Assembly: GCA_036351375.1 (NCBI GenBank)
Contig: JAZBOY010000293.1
Location: 214-64,213 of the forward strand
Source of the DNA: Halieaceae bacterium
Lineage (GTDB): Bacteria > Pseudomonadota > Gammaproteobacteria > Pseudomonadales > Halieaceae
Length of the DNA: 64,000 nt
Direction of reading: 5' to 3'
Part shown: positions 52,988-63,796 of the stretch, one piece after another
Layout: every line of letters starts with the position of its first letter
Numbering within the stretch: position 1 is the first letter of the stretch
Program-made: the position numbers and the translations under genes
The notes under the pieces: generated by a model
What the model saw: the letters and a program-made list of their open reading frames with translations, nothing else
What the model was told of the DNA's origin: nothing
Database searches by the model: none

Positions 52988-54381
52988 CGCGCTGCCAGCT
53001 TCTCTGTGGCGCGGGCCGCGGCGGCGCGTACCTGCCCGGGCGCGGTGCCACCCACGTGATCGCGGGCCGCCACCGAACCCTCCAGGGTCAGCACCTCGAA
53101 CACGTCTGCTTCGATCTGCGCGCTGAAACCCTGCAGCGTCTCCAGGCTCAGCTCGGCGAGGTCGACACCCTCCGCCACACCGAGTGCGACTGCCGAACCG
53201 ACGATCTCGTGCGCATCGCGAAACGGGATGCCCTTGCGCACCAGGTAGTCCGCCAGGTCGGTGGCCGTGGAGAAGCCGCGCCGTGCTGCTTCACGCATGT
53301 TGTCGCGCCGCGGCTGTATGGCCGGCGCCATGTCGGCGAAGGCGCGCAGGCAGTCGAGCAAGGTATCGATAGTGTCGAACAGCGGTTCCTTGTCTTCCTG
53401 GTTGTCCTTGTTGTAGGCCAGCGGCTGGCTCTTCATCAGGCTCAGCAGGGACACCAGGTGGCCGTTCACGCGGCCGGTCTTGCCACGCACCAGTTCCGGC
53501 ACATCCGGGTTTTTCTTCTGCGGCATGATGGAAGAGCCGGTGCAGAAGCGGTCGGGCAATTCCACGAAATCGAACTGCGCCGACGTCCACAGCACCAGCT
53601 CTTCAGACATGCGCGACAGGTGGGTCATCAGCAGCGCACCGGCGCTGACAAACTCGATGGCGAAGTCGCGATCACTGACCGAGTCGAGTGAGTTTTCCGT
53701 CGGGCCGTCAAAGCCCAGCGCGGCCGCTGTCATATCGCGGTCGATGGGGTAGGAGGTGCCGGCCAGCGCCGCGGCACCCAATGGATTACGGTTCAAGCGG
53801 GTGCGACAGTCCACGAGGCGCGCATGGTCGCGCTCCAGCATTTCATTCCAGGCCAACAGGTGGTGGCCGAAGGTCACTGGCTGCGCTGTTTGCAGGTGGG
53901 TGAAGCCGGGCATGATGGTGTCTGCTTCCCTGCCCGCCAGTTCCACCAGGCCCTGCTGGAGCCGGGTCAGCTCTGCGCAGATGCTGTCGATGGCGCCGCG
54001 CAGGTAGAGACGGATATCGGTGGCGACCTGGTCGTTGCGCGAGCGCCCGGTGTGCAGCTTTTTGCCGGCATCACCCACCAGTGCGGTCAGGCGTGCCTCG
54101 ATGTTCATGTGCACGTCCTCAAGCTCGACCGACCAGTCAAACTCGCCGGCCTCGATCTCGGCGGCGACCTGCTCAAGCCCGCCTTCGATGGCGGTGAGCT
54201 CTTCACTGCTCAGCACGCCGACCGAGGCCAGCATGCGGGCATGGGCCAGTGAGCCGGCGATGTCTTCCCGCGCCATGCGCTGGTCGAAGGACACTGACGC
54301 GGTGAAGCGTTGCACAAAGCTGTCGGTGGGTTCGCTGAAGCGCCCGCCCCAGGTCTGGCTGGTGGAATCTTTCTTGCTCAT
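52984..54381 (-). CDS. argH: Argininosuccinate lyase
   Basis: [20 protein letters not shown] start and [12 protein letters not shown] signature. ATG 54381. Confidence 0.95.
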   Translation of the reverse strand: MSKKDSTSQTWGGRFSEPTDSFVQRFTASVSFDQRMAREDIAGSLAHARMLASVGVLSSEELTAIEGGLEQVAAEIEAGEFDWSVELEDVHMNIEARLTALVGDAGKKLHTGRSRNDQVATDIRLYLRGAIDSICAELTRLQQGLVELAGREADTIMPGFTHLQTAQPVTFGHHLLAWNEMLERDHARLVDCRTRLNRNPLGAAALAGTSYPIDRDMTAAALGFDGPTENSLDSVSDRDFAIEFVSAGALLMTHLSRMSEELVLWTSAQFDFVELPDRFCTGSSIMPQKKNPDVPELVRGKTGRVNGHLVSLLSLMKSQPLAYNKDNQEDKEPLFDTIDTLLDCLRAFADMAPAIQPRRDNMREAARRGFSTATDLADYLVRKGIPFRDAHEIVGSAVALGVAEGVDLAELSLETLQGFSAQIEADVFEVLTLEGSVAARDHVGGTAPGQVRAAAARATEKLAAR

Positions 54382-54517
54382 GAATGCCTTGATTTGCTGC
54401 TGCACGTCACACTGCAGGCTTGCTGCCCCAGCGCGGGGATGCAAGTATAGCAGCATAAAAACTGCTCACTGCGAGGCGCGTGACGCGCGGCGTATGGCAA
54501 TAACAAACTCCAGGACC

Positions 54518-55573
54518 ATGAACGGAGACAACGGCAACCCGGCGCAGGCGCCGGGCGAATTTTTTATTCCCGATCTCTGCGCCACCCGGCCGGTGCTGCT
54601 CATGTTCATCCTGTCCGAGCTGCTGGTCGTGGTCTACGTGCTGGGAGGCAGCCGCCTGCCGGTGTTTGACTGGGAGGCGCTGGCACTGGCCTCGCTGTTC
54701 GTGCAGTGGATCATGCTGCTGTGTGCCGGGCTGCTGTGCGCGTCCCGGCCGCTGCTGGCGCGCCTGTCTTTGCCGGTCGGCGTCATGTTGAGTTTCCTCA
54801 TCATCCTGCTGGTGGCCGCGCTCAGCAGCATGGTGGCCGCATTCGCCCTGGCCAACACTGCCTTTGGTCCCCTCGATAGCTGGTGGTTGCTGCGCAACCT
54901 GCTGGTGGCGGCGGTGTTTGGCGGCATAGCGCTGCGCTATTTCTACCTGCAGCAGCAGTTGCGCGCGAGAGAACAGGCAGAGCTGACGGCCCGTATCGAA
55001 TCGCTGCGTTCGCGCATTCGCCCGCATTTTCTCTTCAACACCATGAACAGCATTGCCAGCCTGATCAGCACCCGGCCCGAACAGGCGGAGCAGGCCGTGG
55101 AAGATCTTTCCGAGCTGTTTCGGGCCAGCCTTGTGGAGAATGATGACGGCGTCACCCTGGCTGACGAGCTGCACCTGTGTAGGCTCTACCTCGGCATCGA
55201 GCAACTGCGCCTGGGTGATCGCATGCAGGTGGACTGGCAAGTGGACAAGGCCGCGGAAACCTGCGCGCTGCCCTCGCTGCTGCTGCAGCCGCTGGTGGAA
55301 AACGCGGTCTATCACGGGGTGGCGCGGATGCCCGAGGGAGGAACCATCGGCATCCAGGCGCGTCGCGATGACCAGCAGGTGCAGGTGGAGATCAGCAACC
55401 CGGTTCCCGCTGCGCCCGCGGTAGGAGGTAACGGCCACCAGATCGCGCTGGACAATATTCGCCAGCGGCTGGAGGCCATTTACGGCGGTGCTGCCAGCCT
55501 CGAGGCCTATCCTTCCGAGACACAGCACCGCGTGGTACTGAGTGTGCCCTTCTCAAGCGAGGTTGCAGTGTGA
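54518..55573 (+). CDS. algZ: LytS-type sensor histidine kinase AlgZ/FimS
   Basis: FFIPDLC N-terminus, four TM helices, H-box RIRPHFLFNTMNSIASL and N-box LLLQPLVENAVYHG. GTGA overlap with algR. The upstream ORF extension is rejected. Confidence 0.85.
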   Translation: MNGDNGNPAQAPGEFFIPDLCATRPVLLMFILSELLVVVYVLGGSRLPVFDWEALALASLFVQWIMLLCAGLLCASRPLLARLSLPVGVMLSFLIILLVAALSSMVAAFALANTAFGPLDSWWLLRNLLVAAVFGGIALRYFYLQQQLRAREQAELTARIESLRSRIRPHFLFNTMNSIASLISTRPEQAEQAVEDLSELFRASLVENDDGVTLADELHLCRLYLGIEQLRLGDRMQVDWQVDKAAETCALPSLLLQPLVENAVYHGVARMPEGGTIGIQARRDDQQVQVEISNPVPAAPAVGGNGHQIALDNIRQRLEAIYGGAASLEAYPSETQHRVVLSVPFSSEVAV

Positions 55574-56295
55574 AGATCCTGGTGGTCGACGACGAAACGC
55601 TGGCCCGCGAACGCCTGCTGCGCCTGCTGGAAAAGGTGGCGCCCGAGGCGCTCACCGAAGAGGCAGGCAACGGCAGCCAGGCGCTGGAGCTGGTGGCGTC
55701 CTGGCAGCCCGACCTGCTGTTGCTGGACATCAGGATGCCCGGCATGGACGGGATTGCGGTGGCGTCTGCGCTGCAGGCACTCGAGCAACCGCCCGCGGTC
55801 ATCTTCTGCACCGCCTATGACCAGTTTGCGCTGCAGGCGCTGGATAACCAGGCGGTGGCCTACCTGCTGAAGCCGGTTCGCGAGGAAAAGCTGCGCGAGG
55901 CGATGGGCCGTGCCGGCAAGCTCAACCGGCTGCAGCTGTCGGCGCTGCAGGACGGCGCGCCGGCGCGCACCCACCTCGTCAGCGAGAGCCATCGGGGCGT
56001 GGAGATGGCGCCGGTGGACGAGGTGCGCTGCCTGGTCGCCGAGCAGAAATACGTTCGCGCTATCTATCCGGGCGGCAGCCTGCTGCTGACTGAGACCCTC
56101 AAGGAGCTGGAGGAGGAGTTCGCCGGGCGCTTCCTGCGCGTGCACCGCAATGCGCTGGTGTCCCGCAGCCACGTGATGGGGCTGGACCGCGAAGGCGCCG
56201 ATCAATGGTGCGTCAGCCTGGAAGGCGTCGAGGAGAAACCCGCCGTCAGCCGCCGCCACCTGTCTGCCTTGAAGGAGAGCCTTCAGCGTGTCTAA
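55570..56295 (+). CDS. algR: LytTR-family response regulator AlgR
   Basis: Receiver domain KILVVDDE...LLLLDIRMPGMDG and a C-terminal LytTR domain (FLRVHRNALV). Confidence 0.9.
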   Translation: MKILVVDDETLARERLLRLLEKVAPEALTEEAGNGSQALELVASWQPDLLLLDIRMPGMDGIAVASALQALEQPPAVIFCTAYDQFALQALDNQAVAYLLKPVREEKLREAMGRAGKLNRLQLSALQDGAPARTHLVSESHRGVEMAPVDEVRCLVAEQKYVRAIYPGGSLLLTETLKELEEEFAGRFLRVHRNALVSRSHVMGLDREGADQWCVSLEGVEEKPAVSRRHLSALKESLQRV

Positions 56296-56352
56296 TAGAA
56301 AGCCTTCAGCGGGTCTGGTAAAGAGCCTTCAGCGGGTTTGATAGAGAGCCTG
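56278..56352. repeat. 23-bp tandem direct repeat x3.2 spanning the algR stop codon
   Basis: agccttcagcgtgtctaatagaa / agccttcagcgggtctggtaaag / agccttcagcgggtttgatagag / agcctg... Confidence 0.9.
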
Positions 56353-56421
56353 TACGGCTAGGCTAGTCCCGCCGCGTTCCGTATCATGGGGCGCATCCAA
56401 AATGCATAAGACGAACAAACG

Positions 56422-57354
56422 ATGGTGCAGACTCTCAGGATCGCAACCCGAGAAAGCCAGCTTGCCCTCTGGCAGGCCGAGTACGTAAAAGCCGAGCTCG
56501 AACGAATTCACCCCGGCCTCCAGGTAGAACTGGTGCCCATGACATCCCGTGGCGACCAGCTGCTCGACGCACCGCTGGCCAAGGTGGGCGGCAAGGGCCT
56601 GTTCGTAAAGGAACTGGAAGCCGCCCTGCTGGAAGGCCGCGCCGATATCGCCGTGCACTCCATGAAGGACGTGCCAATGGAATTTCCCGAGGGCCTGGGT
56701 CTCGGCGTGATCTGCCCACGAGAGGACCCCCGGGATGCCTTTGTCAGCAATAACTTCAAGAGCCTCGACGAGCTACCCAAAGGCAGCGTGGTCGGCACAT
56801 CCAGCCTGCGCCGCGAGTGCCAGCTGCGCAGCCAGCGCCCCGACCTGACCGTCAACTTCCTGCGCGGCAACGTCAACACGCGCCTGGCCAAGCTCGATGC
56901 CGGCGATTACGACGCCATCATTCTCGCCAGCGCCGGGCTCATCCGCCTGGGTATGGCGGAGCGTATAGCGCAGGCCCTGCCGGTAGAGGATTCACTCCCC
57001 GCCGGCGGCCAGGGCGCAGTGGGCATCGAGTTGCGCAGCGACGATGAGACCACCCTCGAACTGATCAGGCCCCTGCACCATGTTTACACGGCTTTCTGCG
57101 TGGGTGCGGAGCGCGCACTCAACACGCGGCTCGAGGGGGGCTGCCAGGTGCCGATTGCCGCCTACGCGATTGCGCATCCCGACCAGCCGGGCCAGCTGTG
57201 GCTGCGCGGCCTGGTGGGCAGTAACGACGGCAAGACTATCCTGCGCGCCGAGGCATCCGCCGACGAGGCCGACTACGAGGCCCTGGGCACTGCCGTCGCC
57301 GACGACCTGCTGGGGCAGGGTGCTGCGGAGCTGCTTGCGGCGGCGTATGGCTGA
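56422..57354 (+). CDS. hemC: Hydroxymethylbilane synthase (porphobilinogen deaminase)
   Basis: [18 protein letters not shown] start, full-length HemC pattern and cofactor Cys context [11 protein letters not shown]. Confidence 0.95.
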   Translation: MVQTLRIATRESQLALWQAEYVKAELERIHPGLQVELVPMTSRGDQLLDAPLAKVGGKGLFVKELEAALLEGRADIAVHSMKDVPMEFPEGLGLGVICPREDPRDAFVSNNFKSLDELPKGSVVGTSSLRRECQLRSQRPDLTVNFLRGNVNTRLAKLDAGDYDAIILASAGLIRLGMAERIAQALPVEDSLPAGGQGAVGIELRSDDETTLELIRPLHHVYTAFCVGAERALNTRLEGGCQVPIAAYAIAHPDQPGQLWLRGLVGSNDGKTILRAEASADEADYEALGTAVADDLLGQGAAELLAAAYG

Positions 57355-58177
57355 GGCCGGTAGACCGGCGGCGGGCGTCCCCGTGGCGGGCATCCCCGTG
57401 GCCGGCATCCCCGTTCTGGTCACGCGGCCCGAGGGCCAAGCGAGGGAACTCGGCGAACGTCTCGCCGCATCAGGTTTCGAGCCCATCTACGCGCCTCTCA
57501 TGGCGATCGAGGCCTTTCCGGAACCCAGCACCGAGCAGCGCCAGCTATTGCTGGACCTGTGCCATTTCGAGCACGTGATTTTTGTCAGCCGCAATGCCAT
57601 TCGGCACGGCATGGCCTGGATCGAGGACTACTGGCCCCAGCTGCCGGTGGGTATTCACTGGTACACCGTGGGCAGCAGCTCCGCGGCGGCGCTGGCAAAG
57701 TACGGTCTTGAGGTGCTGCAACCCACGGGCGATATGACCAGCGAGGGCTTGCTGGCGCTGCCGCAACTGGCAGCGGTCAGCGGCCAGCGGGTGATGATCG
57801 TCAAGGGCGAGGGGGGTCGCCAGCAGCTGCGGGAGACACTGCAGGCCAGGGGCGCGCGGGTCGAGGAGCTCGAAGTCTATCGGCGCGCGCTGCCCGCCTA
57901 TGGCCCCGGGGAGCTGGCCGAGCGAATACGCAGTGGGCAGGTCAGGGTCGTTCTGCTGAGCAGTGGCGAAGCCCTCGACAATATGGTGTCATTGCTCGAT
58001 GCTGCGGGGCAGGCCAGGGCTCGTGAGTGCGTTCTCGTGGCCCCCGGGGCCCGGGTGGCCGCGGCGGCCGCCAGGGCAGGGTTTACGCGGGTGCTTGAGG
58101 CCCGCAATGCCACCGACGATGCCATGCTCGCGGCACTGGCGACGCTGCGCGAAGAGTTGCAACCGGCGCCCGGTTAA
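57347..58177 (+). CDS. hemD: Uroporphyrinogen-III synthase
   Basis: ATGGCTGA overlap with the hemC stop. [10 protein letters not shown]...L core. hemC-hemD-hemX-hemY order. Confidence 0.88.
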   Translation: MAEAGRPAAGVPVAGIPVAGIPVLVTRPEGQARELGERLAASGFEPIYAPLMAIEAFPEPSTEQRQLLLDLCHFEHVIFVSRNAIRHGMAWIEDYWPQLPVGIHWYTVGSSSAAALAKYGLEVLQPTGDMTSEGLLALPQLAAVSGQRVMIVKGEGGRQQLRETLQARGARVEELEVYRRALPAYGPGELAERIRSGQVRVVLLSSGEALDNMVSLLDAAGQARARECVLVAPGARVAAAAARAGFTRVLEARNATDDAMLAALATLREELQPAPG

Positions 58178-58194
58178 ACAATACGGATAAAACA

Positions 58195-59592
58195 GTGAGC
58201 GACGCACCCAAAGACCCGCCCAAGAAAAAGCCAGAGTCTCCTGTATCTGCGGATGCAGGTTCAGGCAAGCACGCGGCAGATGCGTCGGCCGCAGACGGCA
58301 AGCCAACTGAAGACAAGTCTCAGTCGGGAGCTGGGAAGCCTGCAGCCTCAGAACCGTCAGCACCTCAACCGGCAGCTCCTCAGCCGGCAGCGCCTGAGCC
58401 GGCCGCACCTCAGCCGGCAGCGCCCAATCAGGAGGCTGCGGGCGAACAGGCTTCTGCTGCCACGCCCTCCTCATCGTCAAAGGCACCCACTCCCCCGGTG
58501 CGCCGTCATGCCGAATCGGATGTGCCTTCGTCGGCGGGCGGGCGCGGCCTGGCCGTGCTCGCCCTGGTGCTGGCCCTGCTGGCGGCCGGTTTTTCCGGCT
58601 GGCTGTACCTGCAGCAGGAGGCCCGCCGGCAGCTGCTGGATGAACGCGAAGCCCGCCTCGATGAAGACGTGGAGCGCATTACGGCTACTGCGGAAGCCGC
58701 ACGCGCCGCGGTAGCCGATGCCATTGCCGCCAGCCAGGGAGCCACCTCCGAGGTGGCGGCAAGGCTGGCAGAAGAGCGCAATCGCAGTGCGGCGGCGCTG
58801 GCGGAACAGCGCAACGCGGTAGAGGCAGTGGAGGCTGCGCTGCGCAGCCAGCGCCAGCAGCTGCTGGAAATCAGCAGTACCGACCGGGTCGACTGGACCC
58901 TGGCGGAAGCGGAATACCTGCTGCGCCTGGCTTACCAGCGCCTGCTGATGGCCAAGGACGTGAACTCTGCCCTGGCCCTGCTGGCCAGCGCCGACGCCAT
59001 TCTCAGGGAGCTGGATGACACCGCCCTCTATCCCGCCCGGGAGGCCATCGCTGCAGACATGGCGGCCCTGCGGGCAGTGCCAAACCTGGATGTGGAAGGC
59101 ACCTGGCTGCGCCTGAAGGCGCTGGCCGGGCGAGTCGACAGCCTGATCCTGTTCGAATTGCCCTCGCTGGAACAGCAGCGCCTGGAAGTGCCGCCCGATG
59201 CCAGCTGGACAGAGCGACTGTCCCTGGGCTTCCAGGCGGCGCTGCAGAAGGTCTCCGACTACATCGTCATTCGCCGTCGCGACGAGCCTTTTGAGGCCCT
59301 GATGGACCCGCAGTGGGAACAGCTGGTGCGGCAGAACCTGCGCATGCAGATCGCCCAGGCCCAGGCCGCGCTGCTGGCCGGCAACCCGACCCTGTACGCC
59401 GCCAGCCTGGAGGCCACCCGCCGCTGGCTGGCAGAGTTCTTTGATTTCAACGCCGCCGATGTCAGCGCCCTGGACGCCGAGCTGGAAGAGCTGGAGCGCG
59501 TGCGCATAAGCGCCGAGTTGCCGGACATCAGCCGGTCCCTGGAAGCGGTCAAGGACGTCATCGACGCGCGCCACGCGGTGAGGCAGGGCTGA
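58195..59592 (+). CDS. hemX: HemX-family membrane protein (uroporphyrinogen-III C-methyltransferase-like annotation family)
   Basis: Pro/Ala-rich N-terminus, a single TM helix (LAVLALVLALLAAGFSGWLYL) and a coiled-coil periplasmic region. Position after hemD. Confidence 0.85.
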   Translation: MSDAPKDPPKKKPESPVSADAGSGKHAADASAADGKPTEDKSQSGAGKPAASEPSAPQPAAPQPAAPEPAAPQPAAPNQEAAGEQASAATPSSSSKAPTPPVRRHAESDVPSSAGGRGLAVLALVLALLAAGFSGWLYLQQEARRQLLDEREARLDEDVERITATAEAARAAVADAIAASQGATSEVAARLAEERNRSAAALAEQRNAVEAVEAALRSQRQQLLEISSTDRVDWTLAEAEYLLRLAYQRLLMAKDVNSALALLASADAILRELDDTALYPAREAIAADMAALRAVPNLDVEGTWLRLKALAGRVDSLILFELPSLEQQRLEVPPDASWTERLSLGFQAALQKVSDYIVIRRRDEPFEALMDPQWEQLVRQNLRMQIAQAQAALLAGNPTLYAASLEATRRWLAEFFDFNAADVSALDAELEELERVRISAELPDISRSLEAVKDVIDARHAVRQG

Positions 59593-60590
59593 TGCGGCGG
59601 TTGCTGCTGGTGATACTGGCGATGCTGCTGTGCGGCGTCGGCGTTATTGCGCTGATCGAAACCGACCCAGGCTATGTGCTGGTTTCCTATGGCAACTACA
59701 CGCTGGAAACCAGCCTCTGGGTCGGCCTGGTAATGCTGCTGGTGTTCTACCTGCTGGTGAGCCTGCTGTGGCGCGTATTTCGACGCTTCCTTTCCACCCG
59801 CGGGCTGGTCGCCGACTGGATGTCGCGGCGCGCCTACAGTCGCATGCTGGCCCGCTGCCAGATGCAGCTCGACGCCCGCAGCTTCCAGCAGGTGATCGAT
59901 ACCCTGGAAGACCTGGGCCGCCTGCACGCCCAGGAGCTCAGGCTGCTGGCGCGAGCCCGGGAGGGCCAGGGCGACTGGCAGGAACTCATCAAGCTAATGC
60001 CACAGCTGCGCAAGCAGCGAGTGTTCGGCGAGCCGGAACTGGACGCCTTCGAGCAGCACGCCTACCTGGGCTTGCTCTCGGAGGCCGAGGATCTGAAAGA
60101 GGCCTGGGCAGGGTTCCCGGCCGACCAGAAAAAGAATCCGCGCCTGGTGGAAGACTACGGTCGCCGCCTGCTGGAATCCGGTGATGACCTGGAGGCGGAG
60201 AAAGTGCTCACCCGCGCCATCAAGCGGGAATGGGACGGCGGCCTGGTGGCCCAGTACGGCCGCATCAGCGGGCGCGACCCGGCCCGGCGGCTGAAACTGG
60301 CGGAGGGCTGGCTCAAGCAGCACCCGGAAGACGCCAGCCTGATGCTGTGCCTGGGCCGCATCAGCCTGCGTAATAACCTGTGGGGCCAGGCCCGCGACTA
60401 CTTCGAGTCCAGCCACCGCCTGTCACCCAACGCCGAGGCCTGCGCTGAACTGGCGCGCCTGTTGTTCAGTCTCGGTGAACGGGAACTCAGCGCCCAGTAC
60501 TACCGCGAGGGCTTGTTGCTGCGCGAGTCAAACCTCCCGGAGCTGCCCCAGCCCAAGCCGGAGCGTATCGGCAACTTGCAGTCGGCCTAG
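59592..60590 (+). CDS. hemY: HemY-family membrane/TPR protein
   Basis: Two N-terminal TM helices and a C-terminal TPR-like region. TGATG coupling to hemX. Confidence 0.85.
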   Translation: MRRLLLVILAMLLCGVGVIALIETDPGYVLVSYGNYTLETSLWVGLVMLLVFYLLVSLLWRVFRRFLSTRGLVADWMSRRAYSRMLARCQMQLDARSFQQVIDTLEDLGRLHAQELRLLARAREGQGDWQELIKLMPQLRKQRVFGEPELDAFEQHAYLGLLSEAEDLKEAWAGFPADQKKNPRLVEDYGRRLLESGDDLEAEKVLTRAIKREWDGGLVAQYGRISGRDPARRLKLAEGWLKQHPEDASLMLCLGRISLRNNLWGQARDYFESSHRLSPNAEACAELARLLFSLGERELSAQYYREGLLLRESNLPELPQPKPERIGNLQSA

Positions 60591-62209
60591 CGCTGGCTCG
60601 CCAGGGTATTCAGCTCGGCCAGCTTTTTGCGCAGGTCGCCCTGCAGCGCCTCCAGGGCGTCGAACTGCTCCCGCGCCGCGGCCAGCTTGGGGCCGACCTC
60701 GTCGCTCATCTTGAGCTGCAGCTCGTTGGTCAGTTCAGTCACGCCCTCGCGGATGGCGCCTTCCAGGGCCTGCTGGAAAATCTGGTCCATGTCAGATGCC
60801 AGGCTGACCTGCGGGTCGGTGAGCGTGCCGCTGAAGCCCATCTGCATCATGAAGTCGTTGCTGGACTCCAGTACCCGCGCCAGCAGTTCGGCGGCGCGCC
60901 CGGCACCGTCGCGCAGCTGGGTGTCAAACTCTGTCTGGGTAAAGCGGTTGGTAAAGCCACCTGCGAGCTGGCCACCGTTCACTCGAAGCTCGCCGCTCAC
61001 GTTGGCCAGGGTCTGCAATAGTGTCACGCCCAGGGTCTGGGTGCCGGACAGGTTCATATCCTTGAGAGGCAGGTCGGCGATATCGATCTTGACGCTGTCG
61101 CTGGGCTCGCCGCGGTGATCGACATTGGCGTCTACCGTCAGGCTGCCGCCGTTGAGGCTCGAGCCCTGCAGCAACAGGGTCGCCACCTGCTCGGCGTTTT
61201 CCAGCGGCCAGGCGAAATCCTTCAGTTCCCCGTTGACGGAGAGACCCGCCGCCGACGGGATCAGGCTGCCGTTGAGGGTGGCGCGGCGCACAAACACCGG
61301 CATGGCGTCTTGCTGGCTGGCGGCCTCGCCACTGGCGTTGAAAGCCAGCGGTGCCAGTACCTGCTCGAGCAGCCCGTCCATGTCCCCGCGCAGCACCTGG
61401 CGACCGAGCTGGGCCATCTGCTCGCTGGTCAGGCCCAGCGAGTCGACCACCCGGTTGGTGTACTTCTCAGGCAGCTTGCCGGCCAGGTCCACCTGTTCAC
61501 GCAGCATCTGCATGTCACCGCGGAAGTCCTGCGACAAATTCTGCAGCCGCTGCAGCTCGTCGTTCACTTCCTGGTAGACCGCTTTCACTTCGGTCGCGGC
61601 GCGAACGGCTTGCAGCGGCTTGTCCACTCCCTTGAGGTTGTTGATGCGCTCCTTCCAGGCGTTGATGTCGTCCTGGTCGGGCACCGAGTCGATGTTCTGC
61701 TGCCATTTGACCTGGGTGTCCTGGAAGCTTTGTTCCAGCGCGGCGACCTCGCCCACCAGGGCGTCCCGCTGTTCATCCAGAAGCCCGTCCACGTCGGGCA
61801 GCTGGAAATCCGGCAGGCCGACACGGGCGATGCCGCTGTCTTCCTCCACCAGTGGCCGAAGAATGTTGGCAGGGGTGGCGCGAGGGCCGAACGCCAGCAG
61901 GCCGTCGACTTCCATCTCCGATACGTCGACCACGTTCTCCGCCAGTTTGATGATGTCAACGTCCACATACACGCGCTCGGCCTGTACCAGGTTGCGCATG
62001 GGGTTGCGGCGGTCAGCCACCTGCAGGTCGTAAAGGGTCGCCTTGCCGCGGAATGGCTTGAGGCTGAGCCGGTCGATACTGACCTCGGCGCCGTACTGTT
62101 CGGTGGCGATGCTCTCGAACACCGGCTTCGCCAGGGTGTCGAGGAACGCCAGGTAGACCACCAGGATCAGGGTCAGGAACAGGGCGATGTAGGTGCTGAT
62201 GCGACGCAT
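60587..62209 (-). CDS. Membrane-anchored periplasmic protein, AsmA/DUF748/TIGR03545-like
   Basis: N-terminal TM helix (ISTYIALFLTLILVVYLAFL), beta-rich ends and a central coiled-coil. The family assignment is from memory only. Confidence 0.55.
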   Translation of the reverse strand: MRRISTYIALFLTLILVVYLAFLDTLAKPVFESIATEQYGAEVSIDRLSLKPFRGKATLYDLQVADRRNPMRNLVQAERVYVDVDIIKLAENVVDVSEMEVDGLLAFGPRATPANILRPLVEEDSGIARVGLPDFQLPDVDGLLDEQRDALVGEVAALEQSFQDTQVKWQQNIDSVPDQDDINAWKERINNLKGVDKPLQAVRAATEVKAVYQEVNDELQRLQNLSQDFRGDMQMLREQVDLAGKLPEKYTNRVVDSLGLTSEQMAQLGRQVLRGDMDGLLEQVLAPLAFNASGEAASQQDAMPVFVRRATLNGSLIPSAAGLSVNGELKDFAWPLENAEQVATLLLQGSSLNGGSLTVDANVDHRGEPSDSVKIDIADLPLKDMNLSGTQTLGVTLLQTLANVSGELRVNGGQLAGGFTNRFTQTEFDTQLRDGAGRAAELLARVLESSNDFMMQMGFSGTLTDPQVSLASDMDQIFQQALEGAIREGVTELTNELQLKMSDEVGPKLAAAREQFDALEALQGDLRKKLAELNTLASQR

Positions 62210-62288
62210 GTATTGGCTCCGGTTGAAACGGCGGCTGTTGCGGCGGCCAGTATAGCCCAGGGGTCAGCGCAAGACCCTTACGCGACCC

Positions 62289-63767
62289 CTACAGGTCGAG
62301 CTCGTCCCAGAGGGCGTCCACCCGCGCCTTGACGTCGGCGTCCATGACGATCGGCCGGCCCCACTCGCGGTCGGTTTCGCCGGGCCACTTGTTGGTGGCG
62401 TCCATGCCCATCTTGGAACCCAGGCCGGACACCGGGGAGGCGAAGTCCAGGTAATCGATGGGGGTGTTGTCGATCATGACCGTGTCGCGTTGGGGGTCCA
62501 TGCGCGTGGTGATAGCCCAGATCACGTCCTGCCAGTTGCGGGCGTCGACATCGTCGTCGGTCACGATAATGAACTTGGTGTACATGAACTGGCGCAGGAA
62601 GCTCCAGGCGCCGAACATTACCCGCTTGGCATGCCCCGGGTATTCCTTGCGCATGGTGATCACTGCCAGCCGGTAGGAGCAACCCTCCGGCGGTAGGTAG
62701 AAGTCCACAATTTCCGGGAACTGCTTCTTGAGCAGCGGGATCAGCACTTCGTTCAGGGCTGCACCCAGCACCGAGGGTTCATCCGGTGGCCGGCCGGTAT
62801 AAGTGCTGTGGTAAATGGGGTTTTCCCGGTGGGTGATGGTGTCCACCGTGAACACCGGGAAAGACTCGACCTCGTTGTAGTAGCCGGTGTGGTCGCCGAA
62901 GGGGCCTTCGTCGGCCATTTCGCCGGGCTCCAGGTAGCCCTCGAAGATGTACTCGGCGGTGGCCGGTACCTGCAGGCCGTGATTTTTGCAGAGCTCGTTG
63001 TAGCAGTTGACCACCTCGGTCTTGCCGCCGCGCAGCAGGCCGGCAAAGGCATACTCCGACAGGCTGTCAGGCACCGGAGTCACGGCGCCCAGCGTGGTTG
63101 CGGGGTCAGCGCCCAGCGCCAGCGCCACCGGGTAGCGTTCGCCGGGGTGCTTCTGCTGCCAGTCACGGTAGTCGAGGGCGCCGCCCCTGTGGCTCAGCCA
63201 GCGCATGATCAGCTTGTTGCGGCCGATCAGCTGCATGCGGTAGATGCCGAGGTTCTGGCGATCCTTGCCAGGGCCGCGAGTGATCACCAGCGGCCAGGTC
63301 ACCAGGGGGCCGGCGTCGCCGGGCCAGCTGGTCTGGATGGGAATGTCGTACAGGTTTACCTCGTCGCCCTGTTTGACGTGGTACTGGCAGGGCGCGTTCT
63401 TCACCACCTTCGGCGCCATGTTGAGCACCTGCTTCAACACCGGCATTTTCTCCCAGGCATCCTTGAGGCCTTTGGGTGGGTCCGGCTGGCGCAGGTAGGC
63501 CAGCAGCTCGCCGACCTCGCGCAGGGCCTCGATGCTGTCCTGGCCCATGCCAAGGGCGACGCGCTCTTCGGTGCCGAACAGATTGCCCAGCACCGGCGTG
63601 TTGAAGCCCTTGGGGTTCTCGAACAGCAGGGCGGGGCCGCGCGAGCGCAGGGTGCGATCGCAGATCTCGGTCATTTCCAGGTTCGGATCGACTTCTACGG
63701 AAATGCGCTTGAGCTCGCCGCGCTTCTCGAGAAAGTCGATAAAGCCGCGCAGGTCGGCGTATTTCAT
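62289..63767 (-). CDS. ubiD: 4-hydroxy-3-polyprenylbenzoate decarboxylase
   Basis: [35 protein letters not shown] is collinear with E. coli UbiD. 492 aa. Confidence 0.95.
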   Translation of the reverse strand: MKYADLRGFIDFLEKRGELKRISVEVDPNLEMTEICDRTLRSRGPALLFENPKGFNTPVLGNLFGTEERVALGMGQDSIEALREVGELLAYLRQPDPPKGLKDAWEKMPVLKQVLNMAPKVVKNAPCQYHVKQGDEVNLYDIPIQTSWPGDAGPLVTWPLVITRGPGKDRQNLGIYRMQLIGRNKLIMRWLSHRGGALDYRDWQQKHPGERYPVALALGADPATTLGAVTPVPDSLSEYAFAGLLRGGKTEVVNCYNELCKNHGLQVPATAEYIFEGYLEPGEMADEGPFGDHTGYYNEVESFPVFTVDTITHRENPIYHSTYTGRPPDEPSVLGAALNEVLIPLLKKQFPEIVDFYLPPEGCSYRLAVITMRKEYPGHAKRVMFGAWSFLRQFMYTKFIIVTDDDVDARNWQDVIWAITTRMDPQRDTVMIDNTPIDYLDFASPVSGLGSKMGMDATNKWPGETDREWGRPIVMDADVKARVDALWDELDL

Positions 63768-63796
63768 TGGGCTTCTCTCACCATTGTGTCGGCTTG

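Noticed and set aside
54020-54517. Extension of the algZ ORF over the argH 5' end
   Set aside because: It is antisense to the well-supported argH coding sequence. The kinase homology begins at FFIPDLC, just after ATG 54518.
57080-57346. Extension of the hemD ORF overlapping hemC
   Set aside because: It is out of frame within hemC. ATG 57347 overlaps the hemC stop in a typical coupled arrangement.
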